From positions 16,618-80,617 of the forward strand of contig CAVPKM010000001.1 in assembly GCA_963705725.1 (NCBI GenBank): a stretch of DNA of 64,000 nucleotides, given 5' to 3'. Positions 10,801 to 19,738 of this stretch are shown here, piece by piece (within the stretch, counting starts at the first letter, position 1; each line of letters opens with the position of its first letter). The notes under the pieces were generated by a model, which ran no database searches, was not told the origin of the DNA, and saw nothing but the letters and a program-made list of their open reading frames with translations. The stretch is from an uncultured Gammaproteobacteria bacterium (GTDB lineage: Bacteria > Pseudomonadota > Gammaproteobacteria > UBA6002). Made by a program: the position numbers and the translations under genes.

Positions 10801-12877
10801 CTCATGTTTGTTCTCTTTAGAAAATCTAGCCTCTGCAACACTCAAAGGGGTAGGTCCACGAATCGCTCACCATTTAAAACGTCTTGGTATTACCACGCTA
10901 CAAGATTTACTTTTTCATCTCCCAGAGCGTTATGAAGATAGAACCTGCTGCAAGGCAATTGGCCATCTCAAGCCGGGAAGCCATGCTCAAATAGAGGGTG
11001 ATATCGTACACACCGCGATTAAAGAAGGTCATCGAAAAAGCCTTTTGGTAAAAATTCAGGACGATACCGGCTTTTTGCAGTTGCGCTTTTTTAATTTTAA
11101 GGCACAACAATTTCAAGTGCTGAGTAAATTAGGTCAGCGTCTTTATTGTTTTGGAGAAGTAAAGTGGGGAGGGAGTAGTTATGAGATGATTCACCCTGAG
11201 TACGCCTTGTTAAAAGAGAACATGCTATCGAGCCGAGAAAATTTAACTGCAATTTATAGAATTACTGCAGGAATTAGTCAATTTTTATTCAGAAAATTGA
11301 TCGAGCAAGCCTTAGACTTATTGGAAACTCATGAGCTAACTGACTATTTGCCAGCCTGCTTATTAGCGGAATGCAACCTTCCTGCTTTAACCAAGGCGCT
11401 ACAATATGTGCATAAACCACCTAAAGCAGCAGATGCAAACCTGCTGAATCAAGGCCTTCATCCTATGCAGCAAAGATTAGCTTTTGAGGAATTGCTCGCT
11501 CATCAGCTAAGTTTTGTTAGGCTGAAATATCAAACAAAGCCTGTTGCGCCTTCTATCATGGTGAAGACTGAATGGGTCGAAAAATTTATCAACCAACTGC
11601 CTTTTTCATTAACCCAGGCTCAAGAAAAAGCCATTGCCGAGATTAGTCTTGATATGAATACTTCTCCAATGTTGAGATTGTTACAGGGCGATGTGGGTTC
11701 AGGTAAAACCATTGTTGCAGCAATTGCAGCCTTGCTAGTCGTCACATCGGGCTACCAAGTAGCCATTATGGCCCCTACAGAGCTTTTAGCAGAACAGCAT
11801 TATCAGAATTTTTGTAATTGGTTTGAAAAATTTGGGATCACCATCACCTATTTGACTGGGGGTGTGGCGGGTCGAGTGCGAACGAATTTTACTGAAAGCA
11901 TTGCAAAAGGTGAATCGCAAATTGTAATTGGAACCCATGCTTTGTTTCAGAAGTCAGTAGTTTTTTCAAAACTTGGGTTGATTATTGTTGATGAACAACA
12001 TCGTTTCGGCGTCAATCAACGTTTAGATTTATTAAGCAAGGGAATGGTCAGTGCTTTTCATCCTCATCAATTAATCATGTCAGCAACGCCTATTCCTCGT
12101 ACCTTGGCAATGACAGCTTATGCCGATTTAGATTTTTCTATCATCAATGAATTACCGCCGGGTCGAATGCCAATTGTCACTCTTTCGCTTGCGAATACGA
12201 AAAGATTGGAGTTAATCGAGAGAGTGCGTGAAAAATGCAAGAATGCGCAAGCCTACTGGGTTTGCACTTTAATTGAAGAATCCGAAGTACTCCAGTGCCA
12301 GGCAGCAGAAGAATTATATCGAGAATTATGTTGTGCCCTTCCAGAATTTGAAATTGGATTAGTACACGGTCGAATGAATTCAAAAGAAAAAGAGGCGATA
12401 ATGTGTCGCTTTAAAGAAAAACAGATCACCATTCTTGTTGCAACGACTGTGATTGAAGTGGGGGTGGATGTACCTAATGCTTCCCTGATGATAATTGAAA
12501 ATGCAGAAAGATTAGGGTTAGCTCAGCTTCACCAGTTGCGAGGTCGAGTAGGAAGGGGAAACACACAAAGCCATTGCATCCTGGTTTATCAAGCGCCGCT
12601 TTCTAAATTAGCGAGAGAAAGATTGTCTGTTATGCGCGAGCATACTGATGGATTTGTCATTGCGCAAAAAGATTTAGAATTAAGAGGGCCAGGAGAGGTG
12701 CTCGGTACGCGCCAGACAGGGTTGATGGAATTTCGCATTGCCAACCTTTTAAGAGATCAACATCAACTTGATTTAGTTCAAAGTGCAACAAAAAAAATTT
12801 TGCAATTTTTTCCAGATAGCGTTGAATTAATTATCAAGCGTTGGCTAGCTAAAAATGACCGTTACACAAAAGTTTGA
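10793..12877 (+). CDS. recG: ATP-dependent DNA helicase RecG
   Basis: LQGDVGSGKT, DEQHRFG, MSATPIPRT, QLRGRVGRG and DLELRGPGE motifs. Confidence 0.97.
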   Translation: MTDSCLFSLENLASATLKGVGPRIAHHLKRLGITTLQDLLFHLPERYEDRTCCKAIGHLKPGSHAQIEGDIVHTAIKEGHRKSLLVKIQDDTGFLQLRFFNFKAQQFQVLSKLGQRLYCFGEVKWGGSSYEMIHPEYALLKENMLSSRENLTAIYRITAGISQFLFRKLIEQALDLLETHELTDYLPACLLAECNLPALTKALQYVHKPPKAADANLLNQGLHPMQQRLAFEELLAHQLSFVRLKYQTKPVAPSIMVKTEWVEKFINQLPFSLTQAQEKAIAEISLDMNTSPMLRLLQGDVGSGKTIVAAIAALLVVTSGYQVAIMAPTELLAEQHYQNFCNWFEKFGITITYLTGGVAGRVRTNFTESIAKGESQIVIGTHALFQKSVVFSKLGLIIVDEQHRFGVNQRLDLLSKGMVSAFHPHQLIMSATPIPRTLAMTAYADLDFSIINELPPGRMPIVTLSLANTKRLELIERVREKCKNAQAYWVCTLIEESEVLQCQAAEELYRELCCALPEFEIGLVHGRMNSKEKEAIMCRFKEKQITILVATTVIEVGVDVPNASLMIIENAERLGLAQLHQLRGRVGRGNTQSHCILVYQAPLSKLARERLSVMREHTDGFVIAQKDLELRGPGEVLGTRQTGLMEFRIANLLRDQHQLDLVQSATKKILQFFPDSVELIIKRWLAKNDRYTKV

Positions 12878-12971
12878 AGCTCGGTTCCACAACACACATA
12901 AAATCCATTCATGGAGGCTGTACTATACTGATAGCTGAAAAGGAAGCGTTAGTTATCAATAAGGAGGTTAT

Positions 12972-13424
12972 ATGCAAATTGTGCAATGGAATCCATTTCG
13001 TGAATTAGAAGATGTATCCGATCGACTTAATCGCATTTTTTCGCATACAAATCATTCTCATTCGACCAAGGACTCTCAAGAATTATCCACTCCTGATTGG
13101 ACGCCAGCGGTAGACATTGTCGAAAATAAAAATGAATATCAGCTTAAGGTGGAGTTGCCTGAAGTCAACAAAGAAGATATTAAGCTCTCATTGTCAGATG
13201 GGATGTTACATATTAAAGGTGAGCGCAAGCTTGAAAAAGAAGAAAAGCATAAGAAATTTCATCGAATAGAGCGGCTTTATGGATCATTTACGCGCAGTTT
13301 TAGTATCCCAGATAATATAGATGAATCTCAATTAAAGGCTTGTTATAAAGATGGCATCCTTAATATTTATTTGCCGAAATCAGAAAAAACAAAATCTAAA
13401 TCTACGGAAATAAAAATAAATTAG
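12972..13424 (+). CDS. Small heat-shock protein (Hsp20/alpha-crystallin)
   Basis: WNPFRELE, PAVDI, ERLYGSFTRSF and A-x-Y-x-DGIL motifs; strong RBS AAGGAGG. Confidence 0.93.
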   Translation: MQIVQWNPFRELEDVSDRLNRIFSHTNHSHSTKDSQELSTPDWTPAVDIVENKNEYQLKVELPEVNKEDIKLSLSDGMLHIKGERKLEKEEKHKKFHRIERLYGSFTRSFSIPDNIDESQLKACYKDGILNIYLPKSEKTKSKSTEIKIN

Positions 13425-13431
13425 TACTTAT

Positions 13432-13460
13432 GTTGTCCCGCGGACAAGCTGCGGGACAAC
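13432..13460. repeat. GC-rich REP-like hairpin, possibly also the hsp20 terminator
   Basis: GTTGTCCCGC-GGACAAGCT-GCGGGACAAC forms a perfect 10-bp stem with no U-tract. A degenerate relative lies at 35730-35754. Confidence 0.6.
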
Positions 13461-13566
13461 TAGAAGCCGCGTTTGCGATATGCCATAATTTATTTTAGCC
13501 AGTAGCAGTTTTATTTAAAAAAAGATAGACTATGCGACTTGTATCCAAGCAATATAAGGATTTATT

Positions 13567-14439
13567 GTGCTGGTCTATGAATGGTTTTCACAATTAAAAA
13601 TCGTTTCCTTGCTGAACGCTGCCTGGAATAGATTTTTAGAATGGATATTCGGTGTTACCTCAAGCGTTCAAAAACAAAAAATGAATGAACGGATCAATGC
13701 TATTTCTCGAGAGATTACAACAGATGAATTGCTGTCAGCTAAGCTGAGAAATCGCTATGCAAAGGAAACCTTAAGTCCTGATGGATTATTGCGTTATAAT
13801 TTTAAAAATTATTGGGAATGTTATCAAAAAAATTTGAGCGAACAGGAACGTGCGGTAGTTAAAGATTATGAAGCAACCCATTCGACAAGTGTAGACTTTA
13901 CTGTTGCAGCGCTAGAAAAAAATTATCCTGCTACTGATAGCGCATATACAGAACTTTTGCAGCACTTATCAAATTATAATCAAGAACAAAAAATACAAAA
14001 TCAATCTCAAATTCTAGGGGTAGAGGTGCTGATTCAGCATCATAAAAATAATCATTTATCGCCAAAAGCTAATCATTTTTTTTCGAATATAGAAAAATTA
14101 TCCTGTTTTTCTTCCAGTTCTAATGCCACTCCTAAAAATAAATTTCCCACTTTTTCTCAAGAAAGAAAAATAAGAAGCGCAAAATTTTTTAATATTATGG
14201 CTAATGCTAGTCTCATACAAACTTCTTTGCAATTAACTCATTATTTAATTAATCAAGAAAATACAACAGAATCACCGCAATATTTTACTATTATCAAACG
14301 CGCATTCTTTAATTTTCTAACGCAATTATTACAAGAAAAAATACTCAAAATGATGACAAAGCAAGACTCGGAAAATAAAATATTGATTCAAAAGGATGGA
14401 GCCAATGAACAAAGAAATGCGAGAGTTAATTGCTTATGA
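13567..14439 (+). CDS. Hypothetical protein
   Basis: 290-codon AT-rich ORF with an AAGGA RBS and no recognised domain. Confidence 0.6.
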   Translation: MLVYEWFSQLKIVSLLNAAWNRFLEWIFGVTSSVQKQKMNERINAISREITTDELLSAKLRNRYAKETLSPDGLLRYNFKNYWECYQKNLSEQERAVVKDYEATHSTSVDFTVAALEKNYPATDSAYTELLQHLSNYNQEQKIQNQSQILGVEVLIQHHKNNHLSPKANHFFSNIEKLSCFSSSSNATPKNKFPTFSQERKIRSAKFFNIMANASLIQTSLQLTHYLINQENTTESPQYFTIIKRAFFNFLTQLLQEKILKMMTKQDSENKILIQKDGANEQRNARVNCL

Positions 14440-15298
14440 AGAAAAAAAACAAAGTCGAATATTATATATTGCTGATCTGCAAGGAAGAAAAACGAGCGCT
14501 TTTTATAGATCCATCAATAATTTGGTTATAGAAGCAGAAAAAATAGTAGAAGATGAACGTCCCTGGTGGAATGGTAATTTATGGGCAGAGAGAAAAGTTC
14601 AGCTAAGCATTTTACGCGCTGCGCTTACGGAAGCTTATTATACGCAAAACGATAGTGAGCTATTTGTCGATTGCCACTTTACTTTAAAAAATTCAACGAA
14701 TAATTTTTTTCCATCAAAATATGATGATTTTAAAAATAGCCTAAAAAAAATATTAGACAATTTCAGGCATCAAGAAATGCATCTTTCAACTTGTCGTATT
14801 ATTCAAGACCTTCGCAAAAGAATAGAAAAATTAGAAACAGTACAAAATAAGCAAACTGTTCAAAGCTTAAAAAAACAATATGTTGATAATTTAAGAGTAG
14901 ATGATGATCAAAGATTGCTAGAAGAAAAATTGCGAACAGTTTCAGGGGATAAAATATTAATTAATATAATTAATGAGCTTAGAAAAAACACTGAGAGAGA
15001 GCTTTTAAAAATTCGAGAAAATTATATGAATACCTTGCATGAAATTGATGATAATAATCGTAACATGCAAAATGCATTTCTGGGCTTAGCTAATAATCTT
15101 CGTATTACCAGCGAGATGTTGCAGAAATTAGCAGTAGAGCACCCGGAATATTGGAAAGTCCTTGAGGATGAATTTCTTTCACAGAGTAACCCGGAAAGCC
15201 TCGGGTTCGATCTTGAGTCACTGATAGAAAATCAACAGCAGTTACTCAACGAGGCAAGCGAAAAGCCATCCAACCCCATGCTATTCAGTGGATTTTAA
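14396..15298 (+). CDS. Hypothetical coiled-coil protein (candidate effector)
   Basis: 300-codon ORF rich in E/K/L/N heptad-like stretches, with an acidic C-terminus ending in hydrophobic residues. Confidence 0.65.
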   Translation: MEPMNKEMRELIAYEEKKQSRILYIADLQGRKTSAFYRSINNLVIEAEKIVEDERPWWNGNLWAERKVQLSILRAALTEAYYTQNDSELFVDCHFTLKNSTNNFFPSKYDDFKNSLKKILDNFRHQEMHLSTCRIIQDLRKRIEKLETVQNKQTVQSLKKQYVDNLRVDDDQRLLEEKLRTVSGDKILINIINELRKNTERELLKIRENYMNTLHEIDDNNRNMQNAFLGLANNLRITSEMLQKLAVEHPEYWKVLEDEFLSQSNPESLGFDLESLIENQQQLLNEASEKPSNPMLFSGF

Positions 15299-15299
15299 A

Positions 15300-16250
15300 T
15301 TAGGTATTAATCCGTTCCATTAAATTATTATTTTTCGTGAACCAATGGTAAGTGGTTTTAAGACCTTCTTCTAAACTCGTTGTTGCACGCCAGCCCAGCG
15401 TATTGATCTTTTCGCAATTTAATAGCTTTCTTGGTGTTCCATCTGGTTTAGAAGTATCATAAACAAGCGTTCCCTTATAACCGATAATATCGCAAATCAG
15501 TTCCGCTACTTGTCGAATAGAAACCTCTTGGCCCGAGCCGATATTGAGCATTTGTTTATATCCAGATTGATTCATCACGAATAAGCAAGCTTCTGCCATA
15601 TCATCAACATACAAAAATTCTCGCAAGGCCTGACCGGTTCCCCAAATCGTGCATTCGGCGGCTTGATTAATTTTCGCTAAATGAATTTTTTTGATTAATG
15701 CAGGTAAGACGTGAGAATGATCTAAATCAAAATTATCACCCGGTCCATAAAGATTGGTAGGCATAATAGCGACAAAATCGGTGCCGTATTGAAAATTATA
15801 AGCTTCACATAATTTTATTCCTGCGATCTTGGCAATAGCGTAAGGTTCATTCGTTTTTTCAAGCGTTCCTGTTAATAGCGCTTCTTCATCGATGGGTTGT
15901 GGGCAGTTGCGAGGATAAATGCAAGAGCTACCAAGGAAGAGTAAGCGCTTGACGCCGTATTCGCGACTTAATTCAATAATATTGGTTTGTATGGCCAAAT
16001 TTTGATAAATGAATTCACCTTTAAGTGTATCATTAGCATAAATTCCACCGACTTTTGCCGCAGCTAAGAATACATAATCGGGTTGTTCGTGCTCAAAAAA
16101 TACTTTGACAGCCGTTTGATTGCTAAGGTCAAGCTCTTGTTTGGTTCGATAGACTATATTTTCATATCCTTGACGCTTGAGTGCTTGAAGAATCGCTGAT
16201 CCAACTAATCCACGATGTCCGGCTACATAAATTTTATCCTGCTTATGCAT
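15300..16250 (-). CDS. fcl: GDP-L-fucose synthase (GDP-4-keto-6-deoxymannose epimerase/reductase)
   Basis: AGHRGLVGS, AAAKVGGI, LGSSCIYP, YAIAK, PTNLYGP and KPDGTPRK motifs. Confidence 0.95.
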   Translation of the reverse strand: MHKQDKIYVAGHRGLVGSAILQALKRQGYENIVYRTKQELDLSNQTAVKVFFEHEQPDYVFLAAAKVGGIYANDTLKGEFIYQNLAIQTNIIELSREYGVKRLLFLGSSCIYPRNCPQPIDEEALLTGTLEKTNEPYAIAKIAGIKLCEAYNFQYGTDFVAIMPTNLYGPGDNFDLDHSHVLPALIKKIHLAKINQAAECTIWGTGQALREFLYVDDMAEACLFVMNQSGYKQMLNIGSGQEVSIRQVAELICDIIGYKGTLVYDTSKPDGTPRKLLNCEKINTLGWRATTSLEEGLKTTYHWFTKNNNLMERINT

Positions 16251-16296
16251 TTCAACTGCTTCCTTTTAGTCTAACCCTTAGTTAATGAATTTTATG

Positions 16297-16328
16297 CGTT
16301 GAACAGACTCTTACCCCTGAGCAGTTAC
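16297..16328. repeat. Partial copy of the 172-229 element
   Basis: CGTTGAACAGACTCTTACCCCTGAGCAGTTAC is identical to 197-229 except for one indel. Confidence 0.75.
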
Positions 16329-16352
16329 TGCTTTATTTCTAGGAATATATAA

Positions 16353-17432
16353 CTACGATTGTAATAACGTAAACCCACTGGGCACAAGATTTTTTATTTC
16401 TTCGAAATAATTATTATTCATGATGATAATAGGTCTCTTTTCAAGTTCAAATAATTTTTTAGGGTTAATCACCTCATGGCCAGTCTTAGGTATATATCGA
16501 GACTGTTTTTCTGGATTGATATCAATGAGGTAAGAAATATGTTTTGCTTCAGGGTCCATGATATTTGCAAAAGTGACGCCTTTTGCGCCTGCGCCCCAGA
16601 GGTATAGCCCTTCATGTTCTGAAATTAATTGGCGATAGTATTGCATTTTTTGAAAAAATTCAGTCAGTTGCAAACAATTTATTGAGGGTTGTCGATTAAT
16701 CGATGTTTTGAATGATTGTAAGTCAGCGAGAATATACAAATATTGACCATTAAATAGATGTCCCCATTCGGCATCTTCGAAAAGGTTGCGCAAGGAATCT
16801 AATGTAAAGTAATTACAATGTTCGTGAAAAATATCCCAAAATGCGAAATTATTTATTATCCATTCAAAGCAAGGAACCTCAATGTAGATTTTGGCTGGAT
16901 GATTGATGCTATTTGCCAGGTGTTGTAAAAATTCAAACGGGAATTGAATATGTTCTAGAACATGACGTAATACAATAATCTGTGCATCAAGTGTTGTCTG
17001 ATGACGATAATAATCGCGGATAATTAAAGGATTTTGGCCAGTATAAGCGGGGTCATAACCGATAATATCGAAACCAGCGGCGGCTAGTTGTTCTAAAAAA
17101 AAACCTTTGCCACAACCAATTTCAACTAGCTTCTTGCCTTTAAAGCCAGACTTCTCAAACAAGGTCATGATGGATTTGAGATAATTTTTAAATATTAAAG
17201 AATGGGATTGTTCATTTTGGTAGGTGCTATCATAATCCATTTCATCAGGACTAAATGTGGCGTTAAACACAAAGCCGCAATGTTGACATTGAGCGAGCGT
17301 GAGATCTGCGGTTGGAACTTGGGATGCAGAAATCTTATCTGCAAAGACTTTATTTTGGAAAATCGGCATTTTAGCCAATGTGTAAATAACAGTCAGTGAG
17401 TGATTTTGGCAGAGCCGGCAAGTTTGATCCAT
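16353..17432 (-). CDS. SAM-dependent methyltransferase, NDP-sugar C-methyltransferase-like
   Basis: N-terminal CRLC...CQHCG Zn motif, VEIGCGKG, HVLEH, IFHEHCNYF and a C-terminal WGAGAKG...D-x-NP-x-K domain. Confidence 0.8.
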   Translation of the reverse strand: MDQTCRLCQNHSLTVIYTLAKMPIFQNKVFADKISASQVPTADLTLAQCQHCGFVFNATFSPDEMDYDSTYQNEQSHSLIFKNYLKSIMTLFEKSGFKGKKLVEIGCGKGFFLEQLAAAGFDIIGYDPAYTGQNPLIIRDYYRHQTTLDAQIIVLRHVLEHIQFPFEFLQHLANSINHPAKIYIEVPCFEWIINNFAFWDIFHEHCNYFTLDSLRNLFEDAEWGHLFNGQYLYILADLQSFKTSINRQPSINCLQLTEFFQKMQYYRQLISEHEGLYLWGAGAKGVTFANIMDPEAKHISYLIDINPEKQSRYIPKTGHEVINPKKLFELEKRPIIIMNNNYFEEIKNLVPSGFTLLQS

Positions 17433-17442
17433 AAACTTCCTT

Positions 17443-17500
17443 TAACTATTCAGCACATTGGAACGTTTAGCGAGTTCCAGCGCCTCTGCTGAATAACTAC
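17443..17500. repeat. Internally deleted copy of the palindromic element family
   Basis: TAACTATTCAGCA...TGCTGAATAACTAC termini enclose the family core GAACGTTTAGCGA. Confidence 0.65.
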
Positions 17501-17513
17501 AATTTCATTATTA

Positions 17514-18176
17514 TTAAGCAGACTCTGAAGAATCTGGTTTACCATAGAACTTTATTCCGATTTCAATCGTTTTTCGGCCTTGTTTTAAGCGCCAACGATT
17601 GGTGTCGCGCAAAGAATAGATGCAACCGCAATATTCTTGTTGATAAAAATGCTCGCGCTTAGAAACTTCAATCATCCGCGCTGCGCCTCCTTTTTTCCGC
17701 CAATTAACTGTCCAATATGTCATGCCTGGATATTGCGTTGCAGCGCGTTCTCCGCAATCATTGATTTGCTCCATGTTTTTCCAGCGTGAAATAGCGAGGG
17801 TGCTAGAGATAACTTGAAATCCATTTTCATAAGCGTAAAGCGCGGTACGATCAAATCGCATATCAAAACACATGCTGCATCGAATACCTCGTTCGGGTTC
17901 GTGCTCCATTCCTTTTGCCCGCATAAGCCAATTATCTTTATCATAGTCTGCATCGACAAAGGGGAGGTTGAGTTCGTCTGCAAATTTTTTGTTTTCATTT
18001 TTCCGAAGTAGATATTCTCGTTCGGGGTGGATGTTTGGATTGTAGAAAAAAATCGTAAAATCAATGCCTGAAGCTTTTAAGCGTTCCATAATGTCGCCTG
18101 AACAAGGCGCGCAACAAGAATGCAATAAAAGCTTTTCAGCATTGTTTGGAAGTGTGAGTGGTTCGTTAGAATTCAT
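17514..18176 (-). CDS. queH: Epoxyqueuosine reductase QueH (DUF208)
   Basis: [29 protein letters not shown] and [11 protein letters not shown] motifs. Confidence 0.93.
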   Translation of the reverse strand: MNSNEPLTLPNNAEKLLLHSCCAPCSGDIMERLKASGIDFTIFFYNPNIHPEREYLLRKNENKKFADELNLPFVDADYDKDNWLMRAKGMEHEPERGIRCSMCFDMRFDRTALYAYENGFQVISSTLAISRWKNMEQINDCGERAATQYPGMTYWTVNWRKKGGAARMIEVSKREHFYQQEYCGCIYSLRDTNRWRLKQGRKTIEIGIKFYGKPDSSESA

Positions 18177-18231
18177 CGCAATAGTCTATAGGATTTTAAA
18201 AAAATATCTAGCAAAAAATTCGCGTGATATC

Positions 18232-19446
18232 TTAAATCCTTTGCAATGAAAAATTTCCGGCGCAATCCAGCTCATTTAGGCGATAATGTTTTAAAATGCT
18301 GTCTATTTCAGTTGTGGTTATCCCAGCTGCTTGAAAAAATTGGCAGATATTTTCTCTTGAACTTATCGTCACGCTAGGCATGCTATATATATTCGGTTCG
18401 ATCTCTAATTCAGTAGTGATCGCGTCAACCCTTTCCAAAAGAGCGATAAAAGATTGGCTAGCTAAGCTTGTACATGTAAATGAGAGGGTGACAGCTTTAG
18501 TATTAAATTCAATTTCCGATATGGGTGTAGCATAGTTAATTAAAATTTTGTGGGCAATAAAGAATCGATAGCTATTTGGGGTGCAAGACTTCCAAAATGC
18601 CAGATCAGGATGTGTACGGGAAATCATGAGGCGAGTCATATATTGAATTAAATCTTCGCATAATAAGTTCATCATAGAATCAAACTGTTCAGATCCAAGA
18701 CAAAGCGTGACATACATTGTTTTCAAAGCGTCAAATTGACAGCGTAGCGCGATTAAAAGGCGATTTCGCTCTATATAATTTTGCATAAGAGTATTCAAGC
18801 CATTTTTCAAAATGTTAAGGGGTGAAGTAACTGTTAGTGATAATAAGGAAGTATTTCGATCTAATGCGCCGAGAAATTTAGTTCTATGAGGGTGGCTATC
18901 CGCTATTTTATTCAAAATCTCTTGGCTTAGTATTAACTCTGTTGCTGAGTGGCAAGACTCAATTATTTCGATTAGCTTAAAGCAGTCATGGTCACATACA
19001 TATCTAGAAAGAAAACATAATTTTTTTATTTTTGTATTTGTTTTCAATGCTATGGCGAGCTCGGAATAGTTTAGTCTTGGAACAGTATCGGAATTAACGC
19101 AGTTAAAAAAAGCATCATTCTCGCTTAGCTTGAGCAGAAAGTTTTTCGCATAACTTTTTTCAAAAAAAGGTTGTAAAAGAGGTGAACAATCGCGTTTAAC
19201 TATACTTATTAAATTCTGTGCTGCGTCGAATTCATTGCACATAAAAAGATGATCAATTGGATCTAAACCTAGAGCGAAAAGCCTTTTGATAGAGCCGCTA
19301 TTCTTGGTAAAAAATGTTGGGATATTAATTTCCCCTTCACTATTTTCATTTTTTGCAATTTTCAAAAGATACCCGAAAATGAGTGAGTAGATTTTGTGAT
19401 TGCGATTTTTTGATTCGGAGCGCTCTATGTAATTTTCAAATATCAT
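18232..19446 (-). CDS. Hypothetical protein with degenerate RNI-type leucine-rich repeats (candidate effector)
   Basis: LAIALKTNTKIKKLCF, ALDRNTSLLSLTV and YIERNR resemble RNI-like LRR units and their cap. Confidence 0.55.
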   Translation of the reverse strand: MIFENYIERSESKNRNHKIYSLIFGYLLKIAKNENSEGEINIPTFFTKNSGSIKRLFALGLDPIDHLFMCNEFDAAQNLISIVKRDCSPLLQPFFEKSYAKNFLLKLSENDAFFNCVNSDTVPRLNYSELAIALKTNTKIKKLCFLSRYVCDHDCFKLIEIIESCHSATELILSQEILNKIADSHPHRTKFLGALDRNTSLLSLTVTSPLNILKNGLNTLMQNYIERNRLLIALRCQFDALKTMYVTLCLGSEQFDSMMNLLCEDLIQYMTRLMISRTHPDLAFWKSCTPNSYRFFIAHKILINYATPISEIEFNTKAVTLSFTCTSLASQSFIALLERVDAITTELEIEPNIYSMPSVTISSRENICQFFQAAGITTTEIDSILKHYRLNELDCAGNFSLQRI

Positions 19447-19659
19447 GATCTATACCCCTCTATATAATTTGATTAACTATTGACGTGCGAAATGTTAACT
19501 TTCAAATCGCGAAATTTCCAGTAGATATGAAAAAATGGCCGTATTTGTCTTCTCAGTTCTTTCCAGTTGGATATTCTGAATTTTCTTGCATTTTTAATTT
19601 TCATTGTTGACTATCGCTGATTAATATTGCAAGTTATCGAGACAACATATCAAGAAATT

Positions 19660-19693
19660 ATTAAGATTTTATTAAAGAAAATTTATTTATTAT
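19660..19693 (+). promoter_or_regulatory. Candidate PmrA box plus -10 element
   Basis: aTTAAgaTT-tt-aTTAAagaa with the two TTAA half-sites 11 bp apart, followed by TATTAT at 19688-19693. Confidence 0.4.
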
Positions 19694-19738
19694 TGAGCAT
19701 ATTTCACTAATTAGATAAATAAATAGAGAAGAGAACCA

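Noticed and set aside
12870-12905. Sigma32 promoter for hsp20
   Set aside because: TTTGAA is present, but the -10 candidate ACACAT is a poor match to CCCCAT.
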